Assembly (NCBI GenBank): GCA_963665095.1
Contig: OY762069.1
Coordinates: 4,448,001-4,512,000 of the forward strand
Length of the DNA: 64,000 nt
Origin: an uncultured Desulfobacter sp.
GTDB lineage: Bacteria > Desulfobacterota > Desulfobacteria > Desulfobacterales > Desulfobacteraceae
Direction of reading: 5' to 3'
The position numbers and the translations under genes are program-made. Under the pieces are notes generated by a model. The model was given only the letters and a program-made list of their open reading frames with translations. It searched no databases and was not told the origin of the DNA. How positions within the stretch are numbered: the stretch's first letter is position 1; each line of letters begins with the position of its first letter. Below, piece by piece: positions 58,540 to 64,000 of the stretch.

Positions 58540-58694
58540 AGTGCCTGAACGAAAACCCCGTATTTGGTATTTGGACGCAAAGTTGCCCAGATGCAAGGCG
58601 CAAGCAAAGTTGCAACCGAAGCGTACTTCAGTACGTGAGGATTGCGGCTTTGTGCAGCAACGCCGCAAGTGGGTGACTTTGCGTTCAAACACTA
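58540..58694 (-). mobile_element. Full-length MITE/REP-like element (TAGTG family), inverted copy
   Basis: Reverse complement aligns end to end with 42274-42436 (GCGGCGTTGCTGCACAAAGC, TACTGAAGTACGCT, GCTTGCGCCTTGCAT, GGGGTTTTCGTTCAGGCACT). Confidence 0.8.
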
Positions 58695-58834
58695 ACGAAA
58701 AAGCGTGGTCCCATGCAGCATATCAGCAACCTCAAAATTATAAGAAATCATTGACTTTTATGTAGATTAAAAAACAAGTTCATGATAATTTCATACATAA
58801 TTTTTAACTCTCTATCAAAGTTCAAGTAAAAATT

Positions 58835-61123
58835 ATGAAAACCAAACTCAATTTCGTGTTGCAGCATCACTTGTTTTTTCTTGCAGTGTCGCTTGTCTTT
58901 GCACTGCCGTTTCTGCTTGGCGCCCCTTTTGTGAAAACAGTCGACAATGTCGATTACTTTACAATTGATAAAAATGACGACATGCAGTTTTACGATCAGA
59001 TAAAAGAGGTATTCGGGAATGATGAATTCTTTCTGATCGCCTTTAAAAAGCCGGATATTTTTACACCGGACAACCTGCGGATGCTCCAGCAGATTACTGA
59101 CGAAATTGATGGAATTGAAGAGGTCAGGGAGGTCAAAAGTCTTGCCAACATAGATGACACTATTGGCGATGATGCCTCTTTTGAGGTTAGAAAATTCCTG
59201 GAATCCATCCCTGATGATCCTGAAAGCCTTGCAGCCTTGAAAAAAAGTGCCCTGAACAACCCTCTTTATATAAACAATCTGATTTCAAAGGATGGTACAA
59301 CAGCCGCCATCGTTGTATTTACCTTTAAAAGGGATGGGGATGAGAGTTACCGGCGGGTATTGATTGATAAATGCCATGAGATATTGAATAAATATAATGA
59401 AGGGAAAACAGACAAAACCTCATTTCATATCGCCGGGTGGACAGCAACCAATTTGTATCTGAGCCAATACCTGAAAAGCGATATGGGTATATTTATTCCT
59501 CTGACCTATGTGCTGATCACCTTATGTGTATACTTTATATTCAGGAACATCCGACTCACCCTTCTGGCCCTTGCCAATATTTCCATGTGTGTGGGGTCAA
59601 CCATGGGCGTCTTTTATCACCTGGGTATTCAGCTGAACAATGTAACAACCATTGTCCCGCCACTTATCATGGCCCTGGCTCTGTGTGATACCGTCCACAT
59701 ATTCGCCCACATGGAACGTAATGTGCTGGTAAGGTTCAATAACAATAAGCGAGAAGCGCTTCTACATGTTATAAGTGTTGTTTTTGTTCCCTGCCTTATG
59801 ACCACCGTGACAACGGCACTGGGCTTTATTTCTCTTTATATCAGTGATATTCCGCCCATACGGCAGTTTTCAATTACGGCCAGTTGCGGCATGCTTTTTG
59901 AGTTTATTTTCTCTTTTATTTTTCTGCCGCCCATGATCCTTTTATTCGGCGGAGAAAAAGCTTTCATAGAGTACAGTGAAGAGAAATGGGTGCCGGGCAT
60001 CCTTGGCTGGATGCATGATCTGACAAAAAAATATGCAAGGCTGATTGTCCTCATGACTTTTGTCCTGGTTGCTGGCGCCATCTGGCAGACAACCACCATT
60101 AAAGTTGAGACCAACCTTCTTGAATTTTTTAAGAAAAGCAGTCCGGTTCGGCAGGCATTATCCTGGGTGGAAGCAGAGCTTTCCGGCATCAGTACCCTGG
60201 ATGTCTCTTTAAAAGCTGAAGATGATAACGCCTTCTTAGAACCTGACAACATCAAGGTAATTGACGCTGTCCAGACCTTTATTAAGCAGTGGCCCGGGGT
60301 GGATGTGGTCAACTCCTTTGCCGATTTTATCAAAGATATCAATCAATCCTTCCATAATGAAGATACAGCTCATTATGTCATTCCCGACTCAGGGCCGCTG
60401 ATCGCCCAGTACATGCTGCTCTATGACTCTGAAGATGTGAATGACTATATTAATGAAGACTACAGTCATGCCCGGATTGCAGCCAGAACCCATGTATACA
60501 GCTCCAGTGAACAGCGGGAACTGATTGAAGGCATTAAAAAATTCATCTCCACTCTGGATCATCCGGGGCTTCAGATCCGGGTTACTGGCCGGGCGGTCAG
60601 TGATGTCCTTGTGATTGACTCCCTGGTTAACGGTCAGGTGTCAAGCCTTTTACTGGCGGCCGGCATCATTTTGGGAGTTATGTTTCTGGTGCTGCGGTCT
60701 GTGAGTGCAGGGTGCTTAAGCATTATTCCCAACCTTTTTCCCATCATTCTCAACTTCGGCATCATGGGGCTTTTCAATGTCCCCCTAAACACGGCCACCT
60801 CGCTGATTTCAGCTGTAGCGCTTGGAATAGCAGTTGATGATACCATTCACTTTTTATATGAATATATCAAACAGCGGCAGACTGGTCAGAGCCGGGATGC
60901 GTCTCTTGACCGGGTCATCACCAGAAAAGGCCGAGCCATTCTGACATCATCAGTGATTCTTTGTATTGGCTTTGGAGTCATGGTATTTTCGAAATTCATA
61001 CCCATTGTAAATTTCGGCGTTCTAAGTGCAGTTATCATGATGACGGCCCTCATTGGCGACCTTGTGATTTTGCCTGCGGTTATTTACGTCGGCCCAGGGT
61101 CAAAAAAGACCAAAAACATATAA
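58835..61123 (+). CDS. MMPL family (RND superfamily) exporter
   Basis: 762 aa with two MMPL halves; ALCDTVH, TTVTTALGF, GIAVDDTIHF. Confidence 0.9.
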   Translation: MKTKLNFVLQHHLFFLAVSLVFALPFLLGAPFVKTVDNVDYFTIDKNDDMQFYDQIKEVFGNDEFFLIAFKKPDIFTPDNLRMLQQITDEIDGIEEVREVKSLANIDDTIGDDASFEVRKFLESIPDDPESLAALKKSALNNPLYINNLISKDGTTAAIVVFTFKRDGDESYRRVLIDKCHEILNKYNEGKTDKTSFHIAGWTATNLYLSQYLKSDMGIFIPLTYVLITLCVYFIFRNIRLTLLALANISMCVGSTMGVFYHLGIQLNNVTTIVPPLIMALALCDTVHIFAHMERNVLVRFNNNKREALLHVISVVFVPCLMTTVTTALGFISLYISDIPPIRQFSITASCGMLFEFIFSFIFLPPMILLFGGEKAFIEYSEEKWVPGILGWMHDLTKKYARLIVLMTFVLVAGAIWQTTTIKVETNLLEFFKKSSPVRQALSWVEAELSGISTLDVSLKAEDDNAFLEPDNIKVIDAVQTFIKQWPGVDVVNSFADFIKDINQSFHNEDTAHYVIPDSGPLIAQYMLLYDSEDVNDYINEDYSHARIAARTHVYSSSEQRELIEGIKKFISTLDHPGLQIRVTGRAVSDVLVIDSLVNGQVSSLLLAAGIILGVMFLVLRSVSAGCLSIIPNLFPIILNFGIMGLFNVPLNTATSLISAVALGIAVDDTIHFLYEYIKQRQTGQSRDASLDRVITRKGRAILTSSVILCIGFGVMVFSKFIPIVNFGVLSAVIMMTALIGDLVILPAVIYVGPGSKKTKNI

Positions 61124-61148
61124 TCGGCTCTTCCGTGTTCGAGATGGG
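61105..61148 (-). pseudogene. Short degenerate 5S rRNA fragment overlapping the MMPL stop codon
   Basis: CTTCCGTGTTCGAGATGGG is identical to the 5S gene; the preceding bases resemble 61263-61290. Confidence 0.6.
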
Positions 61149-61159
61149 CACCAAAAAGT

Positions 61160-61198
61160 AAAAGGCCCTGACTATCATATTGATAATCAGAGCCTTTT
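61160..61198 (-). terminator. Duplicated, slightly degenerate rrn terminator
   Basis: AAAAGGCCCTGACTATC-ATATT-GATAATCAGAGCCTTTT, a copy of 61317-61354. Confidence 0.7.
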
Positions 61199-61205
61199 GA
61201 AGAAG

Positions 61206-61305
61206 AACCGGCGGCGTTCTACTCTCCCAAACAATACACTCATAGGCAGTACCATCGACGCTAAAGACTAAAACTTATAATCGGGTCTTCAGGGTTCGAG
61301 ATGGG
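61206..61305 (-). pseudogene. 5'-truncated degenerate 5S rRNA copy
   Basis: AACCGGCGGCGTTCTACTCTCCCA, GCAGTACCATCGACGCTAAAGA and GTTCGAGATGGG are identical to the 5S gene, with insertions between them; about 34 nt of the 5' end are missing. Confidence 0.8.
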
Positions 61306-61316
61306 CACCAAAAAGT

Positions 61317-61354
61317 AAAAGGCCCTGACTATCTTACTGATAATCAGGGCCTTT
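61317..61354 (-). terminator. rRNA operon terminator
   Basis: AAAAGGCCCTGACTATC-TTACT-GATAATCAGGGCCTTT directly after the 5S gene. Confidence 0.8.
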
Positions 61355-61362
61355 CAAAGAAG

Positions 61363-61480
61363 AACCGGCGGCGTTCTACTCTCCCACATAGTCTCCCATG
61401 CAGTACCATCGACGCTAAAGAGCTTAACTTCCGTGTTCGAGATGGGTACGGGTGTGGCCTCTTCGCCATTACCACCGGTT
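61363..61480 (-). rRNA. rrf: 5S ribosomal RNA
   Basis: CTACTCTCCCAC, CAGTACCATCG, GCTTAACTTCCGTGTTCGAGATGGG; terminal AACCGG/CCGGTT helix; 118 nt. Confidence 0.97.
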
Positions 61481-61610
61481 ACACTGGTCGGACCTGGTAC
61501 TTCAGAAAGATATACATGACGTGTACCTTGGGTCCAAATATGTAATCTGTTGTAGCTATATCAAGCTTGCTATGTCCTTCATCAAAGCGTCTAAATTTAT
61601 TCGTGGAAAA

Positions 61611-64000
<2,390 letters not shown>

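Noticed and set aside
42276..58765. Small ORFs 42276..42524, 58443..58688 and 58541..58765
   Set aside because: They are translations of the palindromic repeat element, not transposases
61105..61480. Repeats near the 5S gene as a CRISPR array
   Set aside because: Units are about 157 bp and made of 5S and terminator sequence; no short repeat-spacer pattern and no cas genes

Overview
A 64-kb bacterial chromosome segment. Gene content (three TRAP systems, Cache/PAS kinases, FmdE/MoeA/MobB, class III CoA-transferases) suggests an anaerobic deltaproteobacterium such as Desulfobacteraceae; this is an inference. The window is mostly transport, two-component signalling, metal handling and organic-acid catabolism genes, and it ends in the distal part of a minus-strand rRNA operon (partial 23S, 5S). 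Main points not explained by the ORF track: (1) a probable 576-aa selenoprotein at 43533-45263, where an in-frame TGA gives a GrdB/PrdB-like UGSC motif; it lies divergent from an operon for an atypical crotonase-fold protein, a TRAP transporter and two CoA-transferases; (2) a second in-frame TGA (CxxU plus a hairpin 11 nt downstream) joining two ORFs into one lipoprotein; (3) an unassigned structured RNA leader with a terminator in front of a TonB-dependent receptor; (4) an apparently orphan cobalamin riboswitch; (5) three parS-like sites; (6) a MITE/REP-like repeat family in full, truncated and ends-only forms; (7) degenerate 5S rRNA plus terminator duplications that run into the 3' end of an MMPL gene. 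No CRISPR array, tRNA, transposase or prophage gene was recognised. All calls come from reading motifs by eye; no database searches were run.
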